Below are positions 17,201-25,059 of a stretch of DNA of 32,000 nucleotides, one piece after another. Numbering within the stretch: the stretch's first letter is position 1; the number at the start of each line of letters is the position of its first letter. The position numbers and the translations under genes are program-made. The notes below the pieces were generated by a model. It saw only the letters and a list, made by a program, of their open reading frames with translations, had not been told where the DNA came from and did no database searches. Source of the DNA: Cereibacter sphaeroides 2.4.1 (lineage in GTDB: Bacteria; Pseudomonadota; Alphaproteobacteria; Rhodobacterales; Rhodobacteraceae); contig NC_007494.2 in the NCBI RefSeq assembly GCF_000012905.2, positions 360,001 through 392,000 on the forward strand. Direction: 5' to 3'.

Positions 17201-17484
17201 ACGACGCCGCCCGCGAGCTCATCGAAATGCGCCCGGCTGGCGGCTTCGACGTGATCCTTGCGGATCCGCCGTGGCGCTTCGCCAGCAACAGCGAAGCCAA
17301 GCCGGGCCGCAATGCGATCCGGCACTATCGCTGCATGAAGGTGGGCGAGATCGAGGCCCTGCCCGTCAAGGCCATCGCCGCCCCTGACGCCCTCTGTCTC
17401 ATGTGGGTGACGGTGCCCTTCGCGGAGCGCGCGTTCCGCGTCCTGCGCGCCTGGGGCTTCGCCTATGGGTCGCAGCTGGTCTGG
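17197..17484 (+). pseudogene. MT-A70-family N6-adenine DNA methyltransferase, 3'-truncated
   Basis: The ATG at 17197 overlaps the PAPS-reductase stop (ATGA). ILADPPWRF, YRCM, LCLMWVT and WGFAYGSQLVW are collinear with MT-A70. Homology stops at ~17484; the ORF then reads through unrelated sequence to 17703. Confidence 0.7.
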
Positions 17485-17489
17485 CGGGC

Positions 17490-17582
17490 GATGCCGTCGT
17501 GCAGCACGTCGCCAGGCTTGGCCGCCCGGATCGCCGCCGCCGTCAGAGGCCGCCTCAAGTTCGAATCCCGCTTCTCCGCCAT
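17490..17582 (-). pseudogene. N-terminal stub (~31 aa) of a second integrase (arm-binding-domain type)
   Basis: The minus-strand reading MAEKRDSNLRRPLTAAAIRAAKPGDVLHDGI resembles the LTxxxIRxAKPGD..L.DG start of DUF4102-type tyrosine integrases. It ends abruptly where the MT-A70 homology ends. Confidence 0.45.
17559..17581 (+). repeat. Degenerate copy of the tRNA 3' end (att-like): GTTCGAATCCCGCTTCTCCGCCA
   Basis: Compare the tRNA-Ser 3' end GTTCGAATCCCACCGCTTCCGCCA at 13412-13436: the first 11 nt and the terminal CCGCCA are identical, with indels in between. No 5' half of a tRNA is present. Confidence 0.4.
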
Positions 17583-17624
17583 ACTATCGACCCCACAATT
17601 GAACCCACATTCGTGTGGCACTGT

Positions 17625-17699
17625 ATGGGACGGCATGGGACTACTCGTCAAGGAAAATGCCTGCGAAATAAGGAGATGCGGCGTCCCATGTCGTCCCAT
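17625..17699. repeat. 17-bp inverted repeat built from four ATGGGAC heptamers, 41-nt spacer
   Basis: ATGGGACGGCATGGGAC (17625-17641) and GTCCCATGTCGTCCCAT (17683-17699) are complementary except for one position, which would be a G-U pair in RNA. Each arm is a direct repeat of the heptamer. Confidence 0.7.
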
Positions 17700-18024
17700 G
17701 TAGACCCGCAGGGGCGGACACCGCTCCGCCACTTCCCACGCTATTGTGTTCATATTCGAGGGGTAGCGGGAAAAGCCCGATCCGGCGGAAATGTCGGTGA
17801 TCGCAACGGGTCATATGGTGGATCATGCGTCTTTCCCAAGAGCCTCGAGGATGACCCTGATCCGGCAGGAAGGCCGTTGATCGCGCCGTCTCACATGTTG
17901 GAACGCCTGGGACCGCGATAGTGCTCGCTCGTCGGATCGATCCTCACGCGCCTCTACCGGTCCTGCTCGATATTGGCCGAGATGAATGCACCGGCAGTCC
18001 GCGCCCTCTCTGCCACAGGCTCCC

Positions 18025-18669
18025 TCAGTCCGCGAAGCCGAGAGACGGCCCGACGAGGTCGAGGAGCGCCGAGACCCGGCGTTCGAGCTCGGCCACGTCG
18101 GGCGGCCCCGCTTCGGGGTGGGTCAGGCGGCGCAGGAGCTGGCGGTTCAGCGCGCAGCCCACGAGGCTCGAGCCGAGCCAGTCGGCATCGCTGCAGCGGA
18201 TGCGCCCCTGCGCGGCCAGCCCGGCGATGCGGCGGGTGAAGGCCGCGCTGAGCCCGCCCATCGCATTGTCATAGAAGAGCCGCGCCACCTCGGGCGCGGC
18301 CGTGGCCTCGGACACGGCGAGACGCGTCAGCGCCACCTGCGCCGGGCACAGGAGAAACCGGAGGATCTCGACGAGCGAGCGATGCAGGATCTCGCGCGCG
18401 CTGCCCGGCGGATCGGGATCGGTGAGGCTCTCCATCAGCGGCCCGGCGTCGTAGGCGCGCAGGATCCCCTGCAGCACCGCGAGCTTGTCGGGGAAATGCT
18501 GGTAGAGCGTCCGCTTCGACATGCCGGCCGCGCAGGCGATCCGGTCCATCGTCGTCCCCGAATAGCCGTGGCAGACGAAGACCTGTTCGGCCGCCCGCAG
18601 GATCTGGCAGGTCCGCTCGGCACAGCTCAGCACCGGCGGCCTGCCGATCTTCGGTTTCTCCTCGGTCAT
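18025..18669 (-). CDS. TetR/AcrR-family transcriptional repressor
   Basis: N-terminal HTH ILRAAEQVFVCHGYSGTTMDRIACAAGMSKRTLYQHFPDK. Length is 214 aa. It lies 24 nt downstream of the RND pump gene on the same strand. Confidence 0.9.
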   Translation of the reverse strand: MTEEKPKIGRPPVLSCAERTCQILRAAEQVFVCHGYSGTTMDRIACAAGMSKRTLYQHFPDKLAVLQGILRAYDAGPLMESLTDPDPPGSAREILHRSLVEILRFLLCPAQVALTRLAVSEATAAPEVARLFYDNAMGGLSAAFTRRIAGLAAQGRIRCSDADWLGSSLVGCALNRQLLRRLTHPEAGPPDVAELERRVSALLDLVGPSLGFAD

Positions 18670-18693
18670 GCTGCGTGTCCTCTGCCGGGCACC

Positions 18694-21600
18694 TCAGGCC
18701 GTCGCGGCCGCAGGAGCGGTCTTGCGGCGACGGAAGAGGCTGTTCACCAGAACAAAGAACACAGGTACGAAAACGATCCCCAGAAGCGTGCCGGTGATCG
18801 TGCCGCCGAGGATGCCGTCGCCGATCGCGCGCCGCGCCCCTGCCCCCGCGCCGGTCGAGAGCACGAGCGGCACCACCCCCAGCGAAAAGGCGAGCGAGGT
18901 CATCAGGATCGGGCGGAACCGGAGCACCGCCGCATGCCGGATCGCCTCGAGCAGGGGTTCGCCCTGCGCAAGCCGGCTGCGGGCGAATTCGACGATCATG
19001 ATCCCGTTCTTGCCGGTCAGACCCACCACGGTGAGAAGCCCCACCTGGAAATAGACGCCGTTCGCCTGATGGCCCGCCCAGGCGCCGAGCAGCGCGCCGA
19101 GGATGCCCACCGGCATGGCGAGCAAGACCGCGATCGGCACCGACCAGCTCTCGTAGAGCGCGGCGAGGCAGAGGAAGACCGCGCCCACCGACAGCAGGAA
19201 CAGAAGGCTCGCCTGATCCCCCGCCTCGCGCTCTTCGAGCGAGAGGCCCGTCCATTCGAGCGCGAAGCCCGGCGGAAGCTGGGCGGCCAGCCGCTCCATT
19301 TCGGCCATGGCCTCGCCCGAGGAGATGCCGGGCACCGGCTGTCCCTGGATCTCCATCGAGCGGACGGCATTGTAGCGCGCCACCTGCTGGGGTCCGTAGA
19401 ACCAGGTCTGGTCGGCGAAGGTCGAGAGCGCCACGAACTCGCCGTCCTTGTTCGGGATGCGCCAGAGGTCGAGATCGTCCGGATCGGTCCGCGCCCAGGG
19501 CTCGCCCTGCACATAGACCCGCTTCACCCGACCCTGGTCGAGGAAGTCGTTGACGTAGGACCCGGCCCAGGCGGTGTTGAGGAAATCGCCCACCTGTGCC
19601 GCGGTCACGCCCACCGCACCCGCCTTGCGCCAGTCGATGTCGAGGCGGAACTGCGAGGCATCCTCGACCCCGTTCGGGCGCACCGAGGCGAGCAGCGGGC
19701 TCTGCGAGGCAAGGCCCAGCAGCATGTTGCGCGCGTCGAGCAGTTCCTCGTGGCTCTGGCCCTGACGCGCCTGCAGGAAGAGCGTGAAGCCGTTCGAGTT
19801 GCCGAGCTCCAGCACCGGCGGCGGCACGATGGGAAAGACCATCGCATCGCGCATCCCCATGAAGGTCGGGAAGGCCCGCCCGGCCATGGCGGCCACGCTC
19901 TGGTCGGGGCGCAGACGCTCTTCCCACGGCTTCAGCCGCACGAAGACGATGCCCATGTTCTGCCCCTGCCCCGCAAAGGAGAAGCCGTTCACGCCGAAGA
20001 CGGCGGTGACGTTCTCGCCCTCCTTCTCGAGCCAGTAATTCTCCACCTCCTTGATCGCGGCGAGCGTGCGCTCGGCCGTGGCGCCCGAGGGGGTCTGGAT
20101 CAGGGTGATGAGCACGCCCTGATCCTCGTCGGGCAGGAAGGCCGTGGGGGTGCGCTGGAAGAGGGTCACCATGCCGGCCACGATCACGCCGAACAGCACC
20201 ATCATCAGCACCGGGCGGCGCACCACGCGGCCCACGAGCCCGCCATAGCCGCGGGTGGTCGCGTCGAAGCCGCGGTTGAACCAGCCCACCGGGCCGCGCC
20301 GGGCGGAATGGTGACCCCGCTTGAGGATCGTGGCGCAGAGCGCAGGCGTCAGCGTCAGCGCAACCAGCACCGAGAGCGCCATGGCCGACACGATGGTGAT
20401 GGAGAACTGCTTGTAGATCTCGCCCGTCGAGCCGCCGAAGAAGGCCATCGGCACGAACACCGCCGAGAGCACCATGGCGATGGCCACGAGCGCGCCCGAG
20501 ATCTCGTCCATGCTCTTGCGGGTGGCCGCCACCGGATCGAGCCCCTCCTGCTCCATGATCCGCTCGACGTTCTCGACCACCACGATGGCGTCATCGACCA
20601 GAAGGCCGATGGCCAGCACCATGGCGAGCATGGTGAGCGTGTTGATCGAGAAGCCGAGCGCCGCCATCACGCCGAAGGTGCCCAGAAGCACGACCGGCAC
20701 CGCGAGCGTGGGAATGAGCGTGGCGCGGATGTTCTGGAGGAACAGCAGCATCACGAGGACGACGAGGACGATGGCCTCGATCAGTGTCTTGACCACCTCC
20801 TCGATAGAAATGCGCACGAAGGGGGTGGTGTCGTAGGGCACCTCGTAGGTCATGCCCTCGGGGAAGAAGGCCGCGAGCTCGTCGACCTTCGCGCGCACCA
20901 CATCGGCCGTGTCGAGCGCATTGGCGCCCGAGGCGAGCTGGATCGCCATGCCCGAGGCGGGGCTGCGGTTGTAACGCCCGTCGATCTCGTAGCTCTGCGC
21001 CCCGAGTTCGACCCGCGCCACGTCGCGCAGCAGGGCGAGCCCTCCGTCGGTCTCGGCCCGGAGCACGATCTGCTCGAAATCCTCGGGCGTCTGCAGGAGC
21101 GACTGGGCGGTGATCGTGGCCTGAAGCTGCTGGCCCTCGGGCGCGGGACGCGCGCCGAACGAGCCCGCCGAGATCTGCGCGTTCTGCGCCGAAACCGCCG
21201 CCGTCACGTCGGAGGGCGACAGGTCATAGGCGTTGAGCTTGTTCGGATCGAGCCAGATCCGCATCGCATGCTGCGAGCCGAAGACCTGCACCGAGCCCAC
21301 GCCCGGCAGGCGGCTGATGCTCTCGACCATGTTCGAGGACATGTAATCCGCCAGCTCCGAGGCGGAATAGGCGCCATTGTCGGAGGTCATGGCGATGACC
21401 ATGAGAAAGCCCGCCGAGGATTTCCGCACCGTCACGCCCTGCCGCACCACCGCCTGCGGCAGGAGCGCCTGCGCCTGGCTCAGCTTGTTCTGCACCTGGA
21501 CCTGCGCGATGTCGGGATCGGTGCCGAGCTCGAAGGTCAGCGTGATCTGCGCGACCCCGGTCGAGGTCGAGGAGGAGGAAATGTAGCGCAGCCCGTCGAG

Positions 21601-21813
21601 GCCGGTCATCTCGCGCTCGATCACCTGGGTCACGGTGTCGGTCACGGTCTCGGCCGAGGCGCCGGGATAGGTCGCGCCGATCACCACCGCGGGCGGCGCG
21701 ATCGAGGGATATTGCGATACGGGCAGGCGCAGGATCGACAGGACCCCGAGCGCCATGATGACGATGGCGATCACCCAGGCGAAGACCGGGCGGTCGATGA
21801 AGAAACGTCCCAT
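18694..21813 (-). CDS. RND multidrug efflux permease (AcrB/MexB type, HAE1)
   Basis: 1039 aa with the N-terminus MGRFFIDRPVFAWVIAIVIMALG, a twelve-TM architecture with two large periplasmic loops, and LAIGLLVDDAIVVVENVERI in TM4. Confidence 0.95.
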   Translation of the reverse strand: MGRFFIDRPVFAWVIAIVIMALGVLSILRLPVSQYPSIAPPAVVIGATYPGASAETVTDTVTQVIEREMTGLDGLRYISSSSTSTGVAQITLTFELGTDPDIAQVQVQNKLSQAQALLPQAVVRQGVTVRKSSAGFLMVIAMTSDNGAYSASELADYMSSNMVESISRLPGVGSVQVFGSQHAMRIWLDPNKLNAYDLSPSDVTAAVSAQNAQISAGSFGARPAPEGQQLQATITAQSLLQTPEDFEQIVLRAETDGGLALLRDVARVELGAQSYEIDGRYNRSPASGMAIQLASGANALDTADVVRAKVDELAAFFPEGMTYEVPYDTTPFVRISIEEVVKTLIEAIVLVVLVMLLFLQNIRATLIPTLAVPVVLLGTFGVMAALGFSINTLTMLAMVLAIGLLVDDAIVVVENVERIMEQEGLDPVAATRKSMDEISGALVAIAMVLSAVFVPMAFFGGSTGEIYKQFSITIVSAMALSVLVALTLTPALCATILKRGHHSARRGPVGWFNRGFDATTRGYGGLVGRVVRRPVLMMVLFGVIVAGMVTLFQRTPTAFLPDEDQGVLITLIQTPSGATAERTLAAIKEVENYWLEKEGENVTAVFGVNGFSFAGQGQNMGIVFVRLKPWEERLRPDQSVAAMAGRAFPTFMGMRDAMVFPIVPPPVLELGNSNGFTLFLQARQGQSHEELLDARNMLLGLASQSPLLASVRPNGVEDASQFRLDIDWRKAGAVGVTAAQVGDFLNTAWAGSYVNDFLDQGRVKRVYVQGEPWARTDPDDLDLWRIPNKDGEFVALSTFADQTWFYGPQQVARYNAVRSMEIQGQPVPGISSGEAMAEMERLAAQLPPGFALEWTGLSLEEREAGDQASLLFLLSVGAVFLCLAALYESWSVPIAVLLAMPVGILGALLGAWAGHQANGVYFQVGLLTVVGLTGKNGIMIVEFARSRLAQGEPLLEAIRHAAVLRFRPILMTSLAFSLGVVPLVLSTGAGAGARRAIGDGILGGTITGTLLGIVFVPVFFVLVNSLFRRRKTAPAAATA

Positions 21814-21829
21814 TGCGGCTCCCTGCCCT

Positions 21830-22993
21830 TCAGTTCGCGGTGGCGGCTTCGGCCTTCACGGCCGGCCCGGGCAGCGCGCCCTGTTCCTCGGGCGCCACCG
21901 GCGCGCCCACGGCCGCCTTCTGGAAGCCCGCAACCACCACGCGGTCGCCCGTCTCGAGCCCCTTGGTCACGATCCAGCGGTCGCCGTCGGACTTCACGAT
22001 CTCGACGGGGCGCGCCTCGATGACATTCTGCTCGGTGACGAGCCAGACTGCGGGCACCCCCAGCCGGTCGCGGATGACGGCCTGATGCGGCACCGCCACC
22101 GCCTTGTCGGCGCGCGCCACCGGCAGCTCGACCTGCACATACATGCCGGGCAGCAGGATCCTCTGCGGATTGGGGAAATGGATCCGCAGCGTGACCATGC
22201 CCGTGGTGGGCTGCACCTGCGGCTCGGCCGCGGCGAGGCGGCCGCGCAGCGGATAGCGGCTGCCGTCGGCGAGGATCAGCGCCACATTCTCGTCGACGCG
22301 TCCGACGGTGTTCTTGCCCGTCCGGCTGCGCCATTTCAGCAGGTCGGTCGCCGATTGCGTCACATCCACATGCACCCGGTCGAGGCTGCGGATCGTGGTG
22401 AGCGTCGCCTCCTGCCCTTCGGCCACCAGCGCCCCCGTCGTGGTCTGCGACAGGCCGATGGTGCCCGCGATGGGCGCGCGCACCGTCGTGCGGCTGAGGT
22501 TGATCTCGGCCGTCTTCAGCTCGGCCCGGGCCATCTGCAGCGCCGCCGCCGCCGCGTCGCGGGTGGCCACGGCCGTGTCGAGCCGCTGCTCGCTGCCCGC
22601 ATTGTTGCCGAACAGCTCTTCGGCACGGCGGGCGTCCTTCTCGGCCGAGCGCAGCGTGGCTTCGGCCTGCGTGACGGCCGCGCGAGCCGCCGCGACCGCG
22701 GCCGCATACATGTCGTCCTCGATCTTGTAGAGCGGCTGGTCCTTCTCGACCTCGGTCCCCTCCTCGAACAGCCGCTCGCGGATGATGCCGTTCACCTGAG
22801 GCCGCACCTCGGCCACTTCCGAGGCCGTCACGCGGCCCGGAAGGATCGAGATGATCGGATAGTCCTTCGCGGTCAGGGTGACCACCGTGACCGGAGACGG
22901 CGGACGCTCTGCCCCGGCAGGCCCTTCGGCACGGACGGCCGGGGCGGCGAGGATGAGGGCCGCAAGAACGAGCGGAAGGCGGGGGAAGGTCAC
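21830..22993 (-). CDS. RND efflux periplasmic adaptor (AcrA/MexA family)
   Basis: Signal sequence plus VRPQVNGII, coiled-coil hairpin segments, RAPIAGTIG, and a C-terminal beta-barrel/MP domain. GTG start with GGAG 7 nt upstream. Confidence 0.9.
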   Translation of the reverse strand: MTFPRLPLVLAALILAAPAVRAEGPAGAERPPSPVTVVTLTAKDYPIISILPGRVTASEVAEVRPQVNGIIRERLFEEGTEVEKDQPLYKIEDDMYAAAVAAARAAVTQAEATLRSAEKDARRAEELFGNNAGSEQRLDTAVATRDAAAAALQMARAELKTAEINLSRTTVRAPIAGTIGLSQTTTGALVAEGQEATLTTIRSLDRVHVDVTQSATDLLKWRSRTGKNTVGRVDENVALILADGSRYPLRGRLAAAEPQVQPTTGMVTLRIHFPNPQRILLPGMYVQVELPVARADKAVAVPHQAVIRDRLGVPAVWLVTEQNVIEARPVEIVKSDGDRWIVTKGLETGDRVVVAGFQKAAVGAPVAPEEQGALPGPAVKAEAATAN

Positions 22994-23023
22994 GGGCAGA
23001 CTCCATCGGCAGCGGTGGCCTGC

Positions 23024-23052
23024 TTAGGAAACCAACCAGTTTCCAAAGTCAA
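23024..23052 (-). promoter_or_regulatory. Candidate sigma-70 promoter of the efflux operon with embedded TetR-type operator
   Basis: On the minus strand: TTGACT - 17 nt - TCCTAA. The spacer contains the inverted repeat GGAAAC-N6-GTTTCC (23027-23044). It lies about 30 nt upstream of the adaptor gene start. Confidence 0.5.
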
Positions 23053-23089
23053 GCACCTGCGTGCAGGATGACCGCGAACGCCCGCCTTT

Positions 23090-24925
23090 TCAGCGTGTCA
23101 CGCCCATTCGGCGGATCTGGCGATGAATTGTCGAGCGATTGACGCCCAGCCGTCGCGCGGCTTCGGAGACATTGCCCCCGGTCTGGCGCAGCACCTGAGC
23201 CAGCACCGCCCCTGCCGCCTGCGGGACGCCTGGGCCGGACGCGGTCCCCGCCCGGATCGTCTCCGGCAGATCGGCGAGGCCGACCTCAGCGCCCGGCACC
23301 AGGGCCCGCAGCGTCTGCGCCATATGCTCGAGTTCGCGCAGATTGCCGGGCCAGAGATGCGAGGCCAGCACCGCCAGCGCCTCGGGCGCAAGCGAGAGCG
23401 GCCGGTCGCCCGAGCCGAGCAGCCGCTCGGCCAGCCACAGCCGGTCCTGTCGCGCCCGCAGCGGCGGCAGCCGCAGCCACGCCCCGCCCAGCCGGTGCAG
23501 GAGGTCGGGCCGCAGCCCCTCGGCCCCGCCCGGCAGCGCGGTCGAAAGGATGCGCACGTCGACCGGCACCGGGCGCAGGCCGCCCACCGGCAGGTAGCTG
23601 CCCTCGGCCACCAGGCGCAGAAGGCGCGCCTGCGTGCGGGGCGGCAGATCCTCGATCTTGTCGAGGACGAGCGTGCCGCGATGGGCGGCAGCGATCAGCC
23701 CCTCTTCCTGCCGCCGCCCGGTCTGGCGGCCGAAGAGCAGCGCCTCCTCCTCGCCGATCTCGGCGCAGCGCACCACCGTGAAGGGCCCGCCGCGCCCCGC
23801 CGCATGGATCGCGCGGGCGAGCGTGAGCTTGCCCGTGCCGGTCTCGCCCTCGATCAGGATCGGCAGCCGCTGCGGCGCAAGGGCCGCGGCCGCCCGCAGG
23901 AGCGCGGCCATCGTTGGATCGTCGCCGGCAAGGCCTCGCAGCGGCGGCGGCAGGCTCACCGGCGCGGGCACCGTCCGGGCAGGCGCGCGGCGCGGTTCGA
24001 TCGCATGGGCGAAGAGCCGGTGGCCGTCGCGCGTCTCGATGAACCGCTCGGCTGCGGGGCGCTGGCGCATGAGATCGTCGAGCCGGTCCACCCGCACGTT
24101 CAGGAAATCCGAGACCGGCCGCCCGATCAGCCCGCCCGCCGCGCGCCAGTCCTGCCCCGCCGCCTGCGCGAGGATCCGTGCGGCGCCATGGGTCAGCCCC
24201 AGCACCCGCCCCGTCCCGTCGAGCGACAGCGCCGCCTCGGGATCCACATCGAGGAAATCCGGCGAGGCCGAGAGCCGGAGCACCCATTCGCGTCGGTTCT
24301 CGGCCATCAGGTTCGCCATCTCGATCCGCCGCGCCGCCGCCGTCACCAGCTTCAGCGCCAGCGACTGGCTCGCCTTCGCGCGCGGCGAGGAGAGAAGCGA
24401 GATGTCGAGCACCGCCGAGAGCCGGCCGAGCGTGTCGTAGATCGGCGCGGCGGTGCAGGAGAGGCCGGTGTGCGTCGCGTCGAAATGATCGCTCTGGTGG
24501 ATCACCAGCGGCTCGCCCGTCTCGATGCAGGCGCCGAGCGCGCAGGTGCCCGCGCGCGCCTCGGACCATTCGGCGCCCATATAGAGACCGCTCCGGCGCA
24601 GTTCCTGCTTCTGGGCCTCGTCGCCCAGATATTCCACCGTCACCCCGGCCCGGTCCGCAAGCAGCAGGACGTAATTCTGCCCCGCGACCAGCCCGTAGAG
24701 GCTCTCGATCCCCGACCGGGCGATGGCGATCAGCGCCTCGGACCGCTGGCGATGCTCGCGCAGCGCCGTCTCGGGCAGGATGAAGGCCTCGGACCGGGCG
24801 GTCGGATCGAGCCGATGCTGGTTCAGGCAGCGGAGCCAGCTTTCGACCACCACCCGGTCGCGCCCGGGCGGCCGCCCTTCGGCCGCAGCCTCGATCTCGC
24901 GCACATGGCTGAGCTCGTGCTCCAT
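23090..24925 (-). CDS. AcoR-like bacterial enhancer-binding-protein homologue (GAF-type sensor, AAA+ domain, Fis HTH) with degenerate sigma-54 contact motif
   Basis: N-terminus VVESWLRCLNQHRLDP is typical of the AcoR family. Walker A ILIEGETGTGK and C-terminal GGNVSEAARRLGVNRSTIHRQIRRMG are present. GGGGGAGGGA lies upstream of the ATG. Confidence 0.85.
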   Translation of the reverse strand: MEHELSHVREIEAAAEGRPPGRDRVVVESWLRCLNQHRLDPTARSEAFILPETALREHRQRSEALIAIARSGIESLYGLVAGQNYVLLLADRAGVTVEYLGDEAQKQELRRSGLYMGAEWSEARAGTCALGACIETGEPLVIHQSDHFDATHTGLSCTAAPIYDTLGRLSAVLDISLLSSPRAKASQSLALKLVTAAARRIEMANLMAENRREWVLRLSASPDFLDVDPEAALSLDGTGRVLGLTHGAARILAQAAGQDWRAAGGLIGRPVSDFLNVRVDRLDDLMRQRPAAERFIETRDGHRLFAHAIEPRRAPARTVPAPVSLPPPLRGLAGDDPTMAALLRAAAALAPQRLPILIEGETGTGKLTLARAIHAAGRGGPFTVVRCAEIGEEEALLFGRQTGRRQEEGLIAAAHRGTLVLDKIEDLPPRTQARLLRLVAEGSYLPVGGLRPVPVDVRILSTALPGGAEGLRPDLLHRLGGAWLRLPPLRARQDRLWLAERLLGSGDRPLSLAPEALAVLASHLWPGNLRELEHMAQTLRALVPGAEVGLADLPETIRAGTASGPGVPQAAGAVLAQVLRQTGGNVSEAARRLGVNRSTIHRQIRRMGVTR

Positions 24926-25036
24926 GCTGGTCCCTCCCCCAGGGCCCTCCCAAGCCCGTCCGGACAGATGGTAGCGGAAGGACGGGAGAGGGCGAAATAA
25001 GGCTTTAGGCCAGAGCCTGCCGCAGGCGTTGCGCCA

Positions 25037-25059
25037 CCTGTTGCAGCCGCTGCAACAGG
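25037..25059. promoter_or_regulatory. Perfect 11-bp inverted repeat CCTGTTGCAGC-c-GCTGCAACAGG in the divergent intergenic region (candidate activator binding site)
   Basis: Read directly from the sequence. It lies about 110 nt from the regulator start and about 100 nt upstream of the monooxygenase start. Confidence 0.4.

Larger units (their letters stand above)
13437..17582. mobile_element. Decayed integrative element (prophage/island remnant) inserted at the 3' end of tRNA-Ser
   Basis: Integrase gene sits 174 nt after the tRNA. Phage-type cargo (DUF4031, PAPS reductase, MT-A70) is present, and GC and GC3 are visibly lower than in the flanks. A degenerate copy of the tRNA 3' end (GTTCGAATCCC..CCGCCA) lies at 17559-17581. 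The right boundary is uncertain and could lie anywhere up to ~18020. Confidence 0.6.

Noticed and set aside
17540-17600. A second tRNA gene at the right end of the island
   Set aside because: Only a T-loop-plus-acceptor-like 23-mer is present. The 5' T-stem partner, anticodon arm and D-arm are absent, so this is an att-like fragment rather than a gene.
17403-17921. 172 aa plus-strand ORF and 61 aa minus-strand ORF (17641..17826) in the region right of the island
   Set aside because: There is no domain and no GC3 bias. The best RBS (AAGGAG at ~17671) abuts its ATG with no spacing. The region is treated as non-coding or relic DNA and flagged instead for its repeats.
17986-22023. 1345 aa plus-strand ORF, the longest in the track
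   Set aside because: It is antisense to the clearly recognisable RND pump and adaptor genes. Its translation is Arg/His/Gly/Glu-rich low-complexity sequence with no motifs, a typical mirror-frame artefact of high GC3 coding on the other strand.
23123-25000. 625 aa plus-strand ORF and 555 aa minus-strand alternative frame (23286..24953)
   Set aside because: Both overlap the AcoR-like regulator, the only frame with GAF, AAA+ and Fis-HTH motifs. The alternatives are Arg/Pro/Gly-rich.
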